From Heterodontus francisci (taxonomy: Eukaryota), in assembly GCF_036365525.1 (NCBI RefSeq), contig NC_090404.1, positions 41,721,497 through 41,785,496 on the forward strand: DNA of 64,000 bases, read 5' to 3'. Positions 26,435 through 37,900 of the stretch are shown in pieces. A program made the translations under genes and the position numbers. The notes under the pieces are model-generated. The model did not search any database. It was not told the DNA's origin and saw only the letters and a list, made by a program, of their open reading frames with translations. The first letter of the stretch is position 1, and every line of letters begins with the position of its first letter.

Positions 26435-26755
26435 CCTTTACTTTCCTGGTGGAAGTTTTCACTGGTGTTGGTAATTCGCTGTCCTCTATGAAGCAGACGT
26501 ATTCCACCCCACTGTCCCACTCTGCCGCAGTGACTTTTAGTTTACTAACGATGGCGAATTTGCTTCCATTCCACTCGGGACTCTGAGTCTCGACTCCTTC
26601 CGTTCTCCCATTCCCATCCACTTGCCAGGACACGATGACGCTTTCTAAGTCGCTGTAAAGGATTTCACAAACAATGGTCGCCGTTCGTTGAGTCCAAATC
26701 TCTTCAAAGAGGGGGTTCAATATATTGACAGAAATGTCTGCCTCATGACAGTCAT
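26435..26755 (-). CDS. IgNAR: IgNAR C4 exon (with N-terminal extra Cys, likely interchain)
   Basis: Acceptor ctttccag, DDCHEADISVNILNPLFEEIWTQRTATIVCEILYSDL...AEWDSGVEYVC...TRKVK, donor GTAAGC. 321 nt. Confidence 0.94.
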
Positions 26756-28559
26756 CTGGAAAGAAGAGGGAATGGTTATTTCAAGCTGTCATGTTGAATT
26801 CACAGGTAACAACAACAACAACATACTCCAAGAGATATAAAATAATTCTACTTACTGGAGTAGGTTAGGACTTTTCTCAGATTGTTTCTGTTTAGCTAAT
26901 AAGATGCAGCGCCCTTCTGGTCTTGTTGCTTTCATCTCCTGGCTTCTCTGGATGATGTCCGCAAAAATATTTCCGATTATTAATTCCACAAATCGGGAAT
27001 TCCTCTGACTGGGATTTAATTGGGACTAATTGTCCCTGCTCTCATGCTGCAAAGGTTCACACATCAGACTGACTGACTGATGCTAGAGGTCAATTGCAGC
27101 CCTGTGTCCTGAATGTGGTGGGTTCAAATATACCTCCTATAAAGTGACTAAAATTCTCCTCTTTTTCAGTCCAAGCATTTGGGTTGAAATGAACTTGTCT
27201 CTGCCTGAGCAATGAATGGAAGCGTGGCCTCAAAACCAACACGCAGATGTTCTACATCATTTGACACCGATTTCGCTCGTCACTTAAAAGCTACAATGTA
27301 TTTAGGAAAACGTGAAAACCACCACTCTGGTCTAGGAAGGAGCATTGCTGGAAGGCTGAGATTAAAGACACCATTGTTTAAGTGTGTAAAGTGAGGAAGT
27401 CTATAATTTTACGATGATATACCTGGCCCAGAGGTACACAATATTGACATCAGTGACAGTGGAAAGGTTTTCTCTAGTATCCAGACCTTTACAAAATTGA
27501 GATAAATGCTAAAGATATTGGAAAACATACCTTCAGTTTTTAAAGTAAAATAGTCACTCTGACCATAAGAATCATTACTTTCTTTATACATGGCATGAAA
27601 TCTAAATGAATAAGCATTCTCCTTTGTTTTCACTGAAAGTTAAATTTGTTTCTCTGAACATTATCGAAACCACCGTCATTATATTCAGCGAGGATGTCAT
27701 CTCTGAAATTCTCAAGATCTCTACAAGGGACCAAAGTTACATATTTATTGCGCATGTCCAACATTGTTACTTTTTTTTTCTAATCTACACTAAAATTGGT
27801 GAATTTCTCTCAATGATGTTTCAGAAGGGAGTGCTGTGCAAACTGTTTCTGGATTCTCATCATTCCCATTGGCTCTCCTTCCAGATTGGCAGATGTAAAC
27901 ATGTATTTGTCTACTCACTGGGATCCCTGATTTCATCCCATTAAATTAACATCCCTTCATAAAATGAGTGAAGAATATTTCATGGTGTATGTTACAAGAA
28001 CCCTCTTATCTGAAGGGATTTGATCTTACTTTCATTTCCAAAAGTTGCTATTTTTGGCAGAAAAAGGAAAAAGGAAGGCACAAAAAAGTGAGAATGTCAG
28101 ATGACTGATTGTAATAAAATGAATCATCTCCATTGGTTTAAACAGCAAACTGAGTTTCAACCCTGAGATATGTTGAGGCAACGACAAGCAGAAATGTCAT
28201 GTGTAGGACTTGGGCTGATTTCAACACTCAAATCTTCACCTCAGCATTCTAAAACAAAGACAGCGTGCACATTTAGATTCACTTCCTATCGATTTCTGTG
28301 AAGAGGCACGAGGCGTTTAAAAGTGCTATATAAATGCCTGCTGTCATTGTTACTCCAGTACAGGCTCCACTGAATCGGTTGCCTTGAGTACCTCTCACGA
28401 TTGGACACTCTGAGTAGATCAGCAGAAAATGTGAATGCCAACAGCCTATCCTACAGCAACAACATCAGAGCCCCGTCCGGTCCTGCCCTCAGCAGAGGTG
28501 CAAACACATCGAACTCCACCTGACCTCCTCAGATCGGAGGGCCATTAATGTTTGGGATG

Positions 28560-29480
28560 ATAAAATCAGAAATCCAATTTCTAAATTTGTGGATTACACC
28601 AAATTCAGGCGAATAGCCAATGTTGAGGAGGACTGCAACAAATTGCAAGAAGATATGAAGATACTTGCAGGATGGAGAAATAATTGGCAAATGAATTTGA
28701 CATAAATAAATGCAGAGTATTGCATTTCACCAAGAAAGTTAAAGAGGTGGCATATTACTTAGAAAATAAGAATATAAATGTGGAAGAGGAGCAAATGGAT
28801 CTCGGATTACAGATACATAAATCATTACAACTAGAAACGCAGATTAACAAGGTCATAAAAAAACTAGAATTGAAAGGTAAAGAAGTTACACTAAAACTGC
28901 ATCGAACCTTGATTTGACTACACTTGGATTACTGCGCACAGTGTGCTTGTCATATATTGAAAAAATGATGCAGAGGCATTAGAGAGGGCGCAAACATTAT
29001 TTACAAGGATGACAACATCAATATGGGGGTATACATTTCAGGAGAGATTGAACAGGCTAGGTGTCTTTTCTGTTGAAATGAGAAGGCTGAGGGGTTCTCT
29101 AATATTGTTTTATTTTTCATTATGAAAGGTTTGGTCGAGTAGACACAGTGAAGTTTTCCACTTGGGAAAGAGCAAAGCTAGTGGCCATTAACATAAGGTA
29201 GTCACCAAGAAATTCAATAGGGCATTCAGAACAAGCTTCTTTATCTGGAGAAAGGTGAAAATAGGGAACTCCCGACCACAAGGAGTGGTTGAAGCGAACA
29301 GTATAATTGTATTTAACTGGACTCTAGCCAAGCATATGAAGGAGATAGCAATGGAGCGTTATGTTCAAAGAGTTAAATGGGGAAATACCGAAGGAAGACT
29401 TGAGTGAAGCATAAACGCTTGCCTGGACTTATTGGGCCGAATGGACAGTTTCTGTGCTGTATATTCTATCTAACCCTATG
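28560..29480 (+). mobile_element. Degenerate CR1 3' fragment in the C3-C4 intron
   Basis: KCRVLHF remnant and CR1 3' tail (ttgggccgaatgg...tctgtgctgtatattctat). Confidence 0.75.
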
Positions 29481-30788
29481 TAAGAGGAAACAATGGGGTT
29501 CGCCTCAGGAACCCGGATGTATCTAGGCCATTGCATCTGCCAAAAAGCCAGCAGTTGAGATTCGTCAACTCAGCGAGGTCTGGTGGCAGGACATAGGGCG
29601 TTTTTGTTCTGCAAAGCTGACTACTACAGTGTCGGGGTCCTCACCAATGCTAGAAGCTTGTTTGTTAGTGTTTATGACTGCGTCTGATACACAGCAAATA
29701 TCAGCAGGTTGTTGTACCGTGAGGACATTGCAGCCAAGTCCTCTCTTCTTCTTCCCAGAAATAGCACACACGCATTTACCATAGATCAGGAGTGGAACCA
29801 CGCACTATTGCTGTTTCGTGAATCTAGGGACACTAAGACCAATTTCAGGCCCCGAACACCATCTGGTGAAATCAACGAACTCAGCAAGAAACGGTATCCA
29901 ACCCCAGATCCAGGGAAGTTTATTGCTTCTTCATCCTTCACACGGAGGTGGTGGGGCTATTATTGTGCAAATAATATTTCCAATCATTTATTCCACAGAT
30001 CAGGAATTCCTCTGACTGGAATTTAATTGGGACAAATTGTTCCCGTTCTCATGCTGCAGACGTTCACGCATCAGACTGACTGGTGCTGGAGGTCAGTTGC
30101 AGCCCCGTAGCCAGAACGTAGTGGGTTCCAATATACCTCATTATTTGTAATTTGATTGGAATAAAAACAATCAGAAATGAAAACAGTTTAGTTTACACTC
30201 ATCAAAACAAAAGGTCACAGCATTGGATTCTGTTCATGATGACGTTATTAGACTCCTCCTATGACCTCTAACCCTGGCGGTGCAGAAGATATGAGTAATT
30301 GAAATGCAAAAAGCTACTGACAAAATTGGCTGAGTCGCTTGATAACTGGCTGTTTTTGGCTTTTAACTGACTGCTGGCACTCAGTGTTGTGTCGGACTTA
30401 AATACAGCAGTACAGAACGAAGTAAACAGCACCCAAAGTCTTCTTCCCACATTATGGAACTCTATGCATTTTGAGCTACTGTTTATTGCTGTTTAAAGAT
30501 AGCCGACAATCACCAGTGAACCGTACAGTGAAGTTGGAGAAATCCTTCTCCTACTTCATTCTTACCATTGGGTCCTCACATGTATATAGCGGCGCACACA
30601 CTGAGTGCTGATCATTTTATTGTCTCCGTGTGGCCTGTGAGTTAAGGCTGCATTAATTGTTATCCACACATTTTGCTGTTCCTACAACTAGAGGAATCTG
30701 ATCACTAGTGCCCCCGTTGTTTGATGTTGCCTTTAGATTAAGTACAAAGCACTGATTGTGTGAGTATATATTGTGTAACTGCCCTTAC

Positions 30789-31106
30789 CTTCCGGGTTGC
30801 TGATGGCCCTCTTCACAGTAGAGTCTGAAGGTGGATGTGAGGCAGAACAGGTGTATGTTTCTCCCTTTTTCCATTCAGCTGCAGGTAAAATGAGAAGGCT
30901 GCTTGTGCTGAAGCTCTGGTCCTGTTCAAGAGCAGTGGGGAAACTGGTGACGTTCGAGTTTAAAGCAACTCCGTCCTTCTCCCAGGAAACGGTGATTTTA
31001 TCAGGATAGAATCCTCTTATCAAGCATGTGAGAATGGCGGTGCTGGTATTTTGAATCTCCTCTGGTGATGGAGGCAGGAGGCGGACCTTTGGCTGTATTG
31101 GCTCGA
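30789..31106 (-). CDS. IgNAR: IgNAR C3 exon
   Basis: Acceptor ttacag after a 75-nt intron, VEPIQPKVRLLPPSPEEIQNTSTAILTCLIRGFYPDKITVSW...YTCSASHPPSDSTVKRAISNPE, donor GTAAG. 318 nt. Confidence 0.95.
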
Positions 31107-31181
31107 CTGTAACAGAATTTGAACCAGGGTTAGTCTTCCTTCCACTGTCATTTAAAAACAGGGTGATATATTTTTACCCAC

Positions 31182-31484
31182 CTTTTGTCTTTCTTGTTTG
31201 TTTTGTTACCGGATTTGATGATTGGCCCCCATGTGCTGAGCATGAGTATTCAACCCCGCTATCCCACTCTTCCACGCTGCTTGTCAAGTGGCTGATTGTC
31301 AGGTACTGGTTTCCATCCTTTGTAGCTGCTTCGATTTGAACTCCTTCAATCCTCATCTTACCATCAACTGTCCAAGCGATCGCAATCTCAGTGGGAACTG
31401 TAGAGACCACTTCACACAACAGGGCGGCAGTCTTATTGATCCAGATATCTTCAATGGAGGGATCTCTGAGAAATACTGTGATTT
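31182..31484 (-). CDS. IgNAR: IgNAR C2 exon
   Basis: Acceptor ctgacag, EITVFLRDPSIEDIWINKTAALLCEVVSTVPTEIAIAW...EEWDSGVEYSCSAH...TRKTK, donor GTGGGT. 303 nt. Confidence 0.94.
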
Positions 31485-31689
31485 CTGTCAGTGAGAAACG
31501 AGAGATTCAGAAACAGGACAATGCGTTAAGGTTGACAAATCCGTTTGTTTAGGAAGAATTTAATTTCAGTGACAACTGATAGCTGATGAGCATATTTTCA
31601 CTGATTATTATTGAATTTAAAACATCATTCTGTTGGTTATGCACAGTTTGAGTTGAATCACTAATTTGAAAAAATAATTTATACTGAAT

Positions 31690-32090
31690 GACAGGCAGAG
31701 AGACAAAAAGAGAGCTGGATACAAAGAGACAAACCGACAAAACAGAGAGCAACACAGAGATAATGAGCATCAGGAACAGGACAAGAGAGAGAGAAATCGA
31801 TAGGGAGAGACAGGCAGGGACGGAGCAGCAGAGAGAGAGGTAACAGCAGAAAGTGTGGGATGGAGAGACCGTCAGAGAAAGAGTGAGAGGCAGAGAAATA
31901 AAGAGAGAGGGGAGAGAAAGAGATAAAGGGAGTCCAAGATCCAGACACCAACAGAGATTTAAAAAAAAAACATGCAGCGACATGGAAATGGAGTGTGAGA
32001 GAGAGACAGTGGGTTATAAAGTGGGAGGGTGACAGACACAGAGAGAAAACCTGAGGGAGATGGAGAGGGAAAGAAAGAGAGAAATAGACA
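31690..32090. repeat. GA-rich low-complexity tract in the C1-C2 intron
   Basis: Irregular (GA)/(GACA) runs, pyrimidine-rich on the transcribed strand. Confidence 0.8.
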
Positions 32091-32958
32091 AATGAATTGG
32101 GCCGATCGTGTTTGATGACTCCCTAGAATTGTTGTCCAAATAGTCGTATTTCCCTGGCTCTTACACATGTCGTTTTAAATAAAATATTTAAAAGAAAGAA
32201 CCGTTTGTTGTTTTATTTCGGTTTTCTGATCATATCTGTCTCTTTAATTTAGGAGCAGTTCTCTCTCAATGTCTATCCCTCTCTCACTCACTGTTCTTAC
32301 TTTCTCTGTCCCAATCTCACCTATTTCATTTTATTTACACAATTTTGTACCGAATGCAGCAGCAGATATAATAAATCCTCAGAAATGTAATGAGTAACTG
32401 AACCGTACTGTGAAATTTGATCCATTATTTTCTAAAGATACGCTTTTGATCTGTATTTCTGTCCTGTTTCACCTGGATTGATTTGGTGAATTAATTAAAT
32501 GGGATGTGAGACGATCTTTATAAATTATTCCTAATATCGTAAAAGATTATGTTCGATGCATTACATTGACCACAGCATCATATTCATGTCAAGACATCTT
32601 AGTGTCTTTTGCAATACTAGCCTGACAGTGAGCACCATCCAGTGCTTCAGTCATTGCCGCTGAAATAGGGAATGATATAACACAGAAGGAGGCCATTCGG
32701 TCCATCGTGCCTGTGCTGGCTCTTTGAAAGAACAGCTTCAGGTAGCTCGGACGTTGCTGCTGAAACATTCCCAACAATTTTTACTATAGAATTCCAGTAC
32801 ACCATGAACTGGTGCAGATGTCACACACTGGACCAGTTCAGGAATGTTTAATCCTCATCGATAAATGGTCACAATAACATCCCAACTAATCCAATATTGA
32901 TACAGAAAGTGGGAATACTTCACTCGTGCAAGCTTCTGAATTGGTTTCATTTCCTCAC

Positions 32959-33273
32959 CTGATTTTGATCTAATGTCTTTCCGCTGTACACTGTTGGTTG
33001 CAGAATGGGATACCTGGCAGCTGTACACAGAACCGCTACTCCATTCCTGCAGGGGCACTTTAAGGATGCTTCTGGAGCTAAAATCTCCATTCGATGTTTT
33101 AGTTGGGGATGTGGTGGTAAAGCCAGACTGTATGGAGTTTCCATTCTTCTCCCAGCTGACTGTAATGCTTTCTGGTTTGTATTCACTGATGAGGCAAAAC
33201 AGTTGTACCAACCCCTTTATTCTCAGTTCGTCAGTTGCAGAGTAGAGGAGATTGATGGTTGGTGGAGCAGCTC
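32959..33273 (-). CDS. IgNAR: IgNAR C1 exon
   Basis: Acceptor ttctag, GAAPPTINLLYSATDELRIKGLVQLFCLISEYKPESITVSW...YSCQVSHSATNSVQRKDIRSKS, donor GTGAG. 315 nt, C1-set Ig domain with two Cys and Trp. Confidence 0.95.
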
Positions 33274-34119
33274 CTAGAATTACAAGGATATTTTACTCCC
33301 TTCTATAATTATGAGAAGACCATTTCCCTCATTTCCCGGCCGGCATTTATCCTTCAACCAACACCTAAAACTGATGATCTCATCATTATCACATTGCTAT
33401 TTGTGGGATCTTGCTGTGCGCGTTTCATACATTCCAATAGTGACTACTCTTCAAAAAGCGTTTGGACATACTGAGGGCGTGAAAGACCCGATTGAAATTC
33501 AAGTCTTCATTTATTTATTGAAGTCATGGTCTCTGGTTAATTGTCATTTGTTTTATTTTCCTTCGTATTGCTGTGAAATATTTTCAAAATTAGAGGCCAG
33601 CTATTGATTCTTAAGATAATATGATTGGCTGACAACCATTGCCTGAGCAAAGTTTAATACAAATAGATGGCATACAAGAAATTACTTTTTTTTAAAAAAC
33701 TGCTTCTGAAATGTCAGTGATCCATTTACATTCAAGATCACAATATATTGCTGTTCTATGAGTTGTGTTATATAGGGATTGCTTGTTTGTGAAGACATAT
33801 TACGGGATAGGACAAGTCCAAGGCCCCAGTCTGATAAAGGAGGTTTCCAGGGGCAGTTGCTACTTATCCAATGCCTCTGTGTTTATCACATTGCAATTTT
33901 CTGTTGGTGTGGCTGTGGCTATTGAAATTGGTAAGAAATGTAGGGATATCACAGTGGGCGTGTTGGGAGAAAGAAGTTTAGATATTGAATGAACATTCAT
34001 TTATTTTTATAAGTTGTTAATTTCTGAATAAAGAATGATCAATGCGCTGGGGCAAAATTATCCTCACCCTTGATGTGGGTGCAGTGATGGTCAGATATTA
34101 AATGTATATCCTTTATTAT

Positions 34120-35130
34120 TTCCCCCATTCCTCCTCGTATTTCTTATCTACATGCAGCCCTTCAACGACATAATAGTTTTTACATGTCTGCTAACAATAC
34201 CCAGCTCCCCCTCACCACCACTTCTCTTGACTCCTTCACTGTCTCTAAATTGTCAGACTGTTAGTTCAACATCCAATAGTGGATCAGCAGAAATTTACTC
34301 CAACTAAATATTGGGAAGACAAAAGCCATTGTCTTCAGTTCCTGCTGTAAAGTCCATTCCCTCGCTACTGACTTCATTTCTCTCTCTTGCAACTGTCTCC
34401 AGGTAAACCAAGCCGTTTGCCACTTTGATGTCATATTTGACTAATAGATCAGCTTCTGACCACATATACGTACTCCCCATCACTAAAACCGCCTATTTCC
34501 ACCTCCATAATGTGACATGCCTTCGCCCCTGCCTCAGCTCTTCTGCTGCTGAAAACGTCCTTCATGCCTATGTTACCTTATAGACTCGACCGTTGCAATG
34601 CACTCCTGCCCATACTCCCTAAAAGTAAGGTCATCCAAAACTCTGCTGACCGTTTCTTAATCACACCAAGTCCTGTTCACACACCATCATTGTGCTGGCT
34701 GACCTACATGGTGCCTCGATCAACCAACCCTTTGATTTGAAAATTCTCATCACTGCCTTCAAGTCCCTCATGGCCTCGCCCACCCTTACCTCTGTAATCT
34801 CCTCCAGTTCCACAACCCTCCGAGATATCCGCGTTCATCTAATTCTGGCCTCTTGAGCAGCGCCGATCTTAATTGTTCCACAGTTGGTGTCCATGCCTTC
34901 AGCTGCCTTTCTGAAATCCCTCCTAATTTTCTCTGCCTCTTTACCTCTCTTTATTTCTTTCAGATACTCCTTAAAATCTTTCTCCTTGACAAAGCTTTTG
35001 GCCATGCACTGTAATATCACCTTATGTGGGTCGTTGTCAAATTTTGTTTTATAACGTTTTTGTGAGGTGCCTTGTACATTCTATTACATTAAAAAGCGCT
35101 ATATAAATGCAAGTTTTTGTTGTTGTTGTT
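34120..35130 (+). mobile_element. L2-like LINE 3' fragment (further pieces at 35630-36060)
   Basis: RT C-terminal remnants (ctccaactaaatattgggaagac..., tagactcgac...) and tail gcgctatataaatgcaag(ttg)n. Confidence 0.65.
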
Positions 35131-35214
35131 TGTTACCAATAATCTGTTTTGATTTGTGTGCTTATGGAGCAAATTGATTTCTTAACTTTACAGGGAATTG
35201 TTTTTGAAACAGAG

Positions 35215-35503
35215 CGGGTGGCACAGTGGCGCAATGGTTAGCATCGCAGCCTCACAGCTCCAGCGAGCTGGGTTTAGTTCTGGGTACTGCCTGGGTGCAG
35301 TTTACAAGTTCTCCCTGTGACCGTGTGGGTTTCTGTTGGGTGTTCTGGTTTCCTCCAACAGCCAAAGACTGGGTTCCGAAGAAGGGTCACTGACCCGAAA
35401 CGTTAACTCAGCTTCTTTCTCCACAGATGCTGCCAGACCTGCTGAGTATTTCCAGCATTTCTTGTTTTTATTTCAGATTTCCAGCATCCACAGTATTTTG
35501 CTC
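35215..35503 (+). mobile_element. Truncated tRNA-derived V-SINE (HE1-like) fused to a Penelope-like fragment
   Basis: The head ggcacagtggcgcaatggttagcatcgcagcctcacagctccag matches the 59605 copy. It switches at ~35371 to the hammerhead-bearing Penelope tail. Confidence 0.72.
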
Positions 35504-36099
35504 TCATAATTTGAATGTCTGTTATAATTTATTCTCATGAAAAGTTCCCAAATTTCACTTGCTCCCAAACTGACTTCAGTCTTTTGCCGTCACTGTCTGA
35601 GGTGGAACCAGTCTGTTCTTAACCTGGATGTCAGATTTGACCCTGAGATAAACTTCTGACCCCATATCCTCGTCACTGCAAACGCCGTTTACGTCCACAT
35701 CTGTAAGATTTCCTGCCTCCGCCCCTGCCTCCGCCTATCTGCAGCCTCGCCTGTTCCAATCTCTCCAAGCCAGCCTCCCACCTTTCATCCTCCATAAAAT
35801 TGAGCTGATCCAAAATTCTGTTGCCTAGATACTAACTTGCACCAAGTCCTGTTCATGCATCACTTCTGTGCTTAGTGACATACATTTGCTTCCAGTTGTA
35901 CAACACCTCGAATTTAAAATTATCATCCTTGTGGTCAAATTCTCATGTCTGTCTCTGAAACCTTCTCCAACATTAAAACCCTCCGCGATCTCTGTCCTTC
36001 TCCAATCCTGGTCTCTTACCCATCTCTGATTTCCATCGTCCCACCATTGGCAGCCAGCTAAGAAGCAACATTATAAAACTTAGAGCATCTGTAATCATA

Positions 36100-37900
36100 G
36101 AGACACTAAATGATACAACACAGAAGGAGGTCATTCCATGATAGTGCCTGTGCCTGGCTCTTTGAAGGAACTATCCAATTAGTCCTCCCTGCTTTTCCTC
36201 CACAGCTCTGCAATTTTCTCCCTTTACGTTTTTATCCAATTTACCTTTGGAAGTTACAATTGAATCAGCTTCCACTAGGCTTTCAGGCAGTGCATTTCAG
36301 ATCGTAACAACTCAATACATAAAAAGCTCTCTATCTCTCCTCCAGTTCCTTTTCTTCACTCTGTGTCCACATGTTCCTGACGTCTCTGACACTGAAAACA
36401 GTTTGTCCTGAACTCTTCTATCAAAACATTTCGGGATTTTAGCAGCTCCATTACATCTTGCCTCAACACGCCCTGCTCCGAGAGGATAAATCCCAGTTTC
36501 AATAAAGCTTCCTCACAACTAACATCACTGGTTCCATTGTTGTAAATTTCCTCTGCACCCTTCCTAAAGGTTTAATTTCCTTCCTTAAGTGTGGTTCATA
36601 AAATGGTCACATAATTCCAGGTGGGGCCTAACCATTGACTTTTAAGATCCAGCATATCTTCCATGCATTTGTAATCTATATCTCTGATGATAAATGCCAC
36701 CTTCAAATATTTGTGTACATGCAGACCCAGGTCTCTCCGTTCCTGCACCCCCTAAAAATTGCACCATTTAGTTTATATTGTCTCTCCTCATTATTTCTAC
36801 CAAAATGCAGCACTTAACACGTCTCTTCATTCAATTGTACCTGCCATGTGTCTGCCTTTTTGATCAATCAGTCTATATTTTCGTCGCTGTTTTCTACAAT
36901 AGCAAGTTTCATGTCATCTCCAAACTTTGAAATTAGCCCTGTATCCTCTAGTCCAGGTCATTAATTTATATCCAAAAGAGCAGTAATATTAATAATGCTG
37001 GGTGGCACCACAGTACGCTAGTTTCCAATTCGAAAGATAATTGTATACCACTACTCCCCGCTTTGTGTTTCTTGGCTAATCTCGTAACAATGCAGTCGCT
37101 GCCCCCAAAATCACATGGACTTAACATTTGCTAACAAGTCTATTATGTGGTACTTTATCAAAACAACTTTTGAATTTCAATTTACATCAACTTCATTCAC
37201 ACTACCCTCATCAACATTTTCCAATACACCATCAATGAACTGAACCAAATTAGTTAAGCACGATTTTTCTTTAACAAATCTGAGATGCTGTCAATTATCA
37301 ACGCTTATTTTCCCAAGTGTCAATTTATTTTGTCTCACATTATTGCCTCTAAACATTTCTCAATCACCTACATTAGACTGACTGGCTGCAGTCGTCGGGT
37401 TTATAACTCTTCACATTTTGGACAAAGGTCTAACATTTTATGTTCTCCAGTCCTATGGGACCATTCCAATATCTGAGTAGGAATGGAATATTGCGGCCAG
37501 AACCTCAGCTATGCCCATCCTTACTTCCCTTAACAAGTTAGGATGCATTCCATCCGTCCAGGTGACTTTTTACTTGAATCTTTGCCAACCTTTTAATTAT
37601 CACATCTTTATCTATCTTAACCTATTTTCCCTACTACCTCCTCATTTGCTGTGACATTGGCAGCATCCTCATTTTTAGTAAAGATAAATGGCAACTATTT
37701 ATTTAGTACCTCAGCCAAGCCCTCGAACTCCACAAAAATATATGTTTTGGTCCCTAATCAGTTCCACCCTTCATTTGATAATCATTTTACTATTCATAAG
37801 TTTATAAAAAGACTTTTGAGTTACCTTTTATTTTAGCTGTTAATCTTATACTCTTTCTTTTCACCTCCATTCCCTTTTTCAGTTCCCCCTGCACTTCCTA
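36100..37900 (-). mobile_element. Degenerate CR1 fragment in the J-C1 intron
   Basis: Reverse-complement similarity to CR1 RT and 3' regions elsewhere in the window. Confidence 0.7.

Noticed and set aside
27085-27145. EVYLNPP in the duplicated segment as a relic C-domain exon
   Set aside because: It is in the wrong phase for an Ig exon, stops early, lacks the Cys/Trp pattern, and the second copy reads differently.
26435-31484. C2/C4 and C3/C5 similarity (EWDSGVEY.C) as a novel duplication
   Set aside because: The similarity is real, but internal C-domain duplication is already recognised for IgNAR/IgW.
31549-32168. Hydrophobic Leu/Ser-rich ORFs as an extra TM exon
   Set aside because: They are translations of a CT-rich low-complexity tract and have no antigen-receptor TM motif.
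32855-32958. C1 read-through as a secretory tail
   Set aside because: No tailpiece features and no nearby poly(A) signal noticed.
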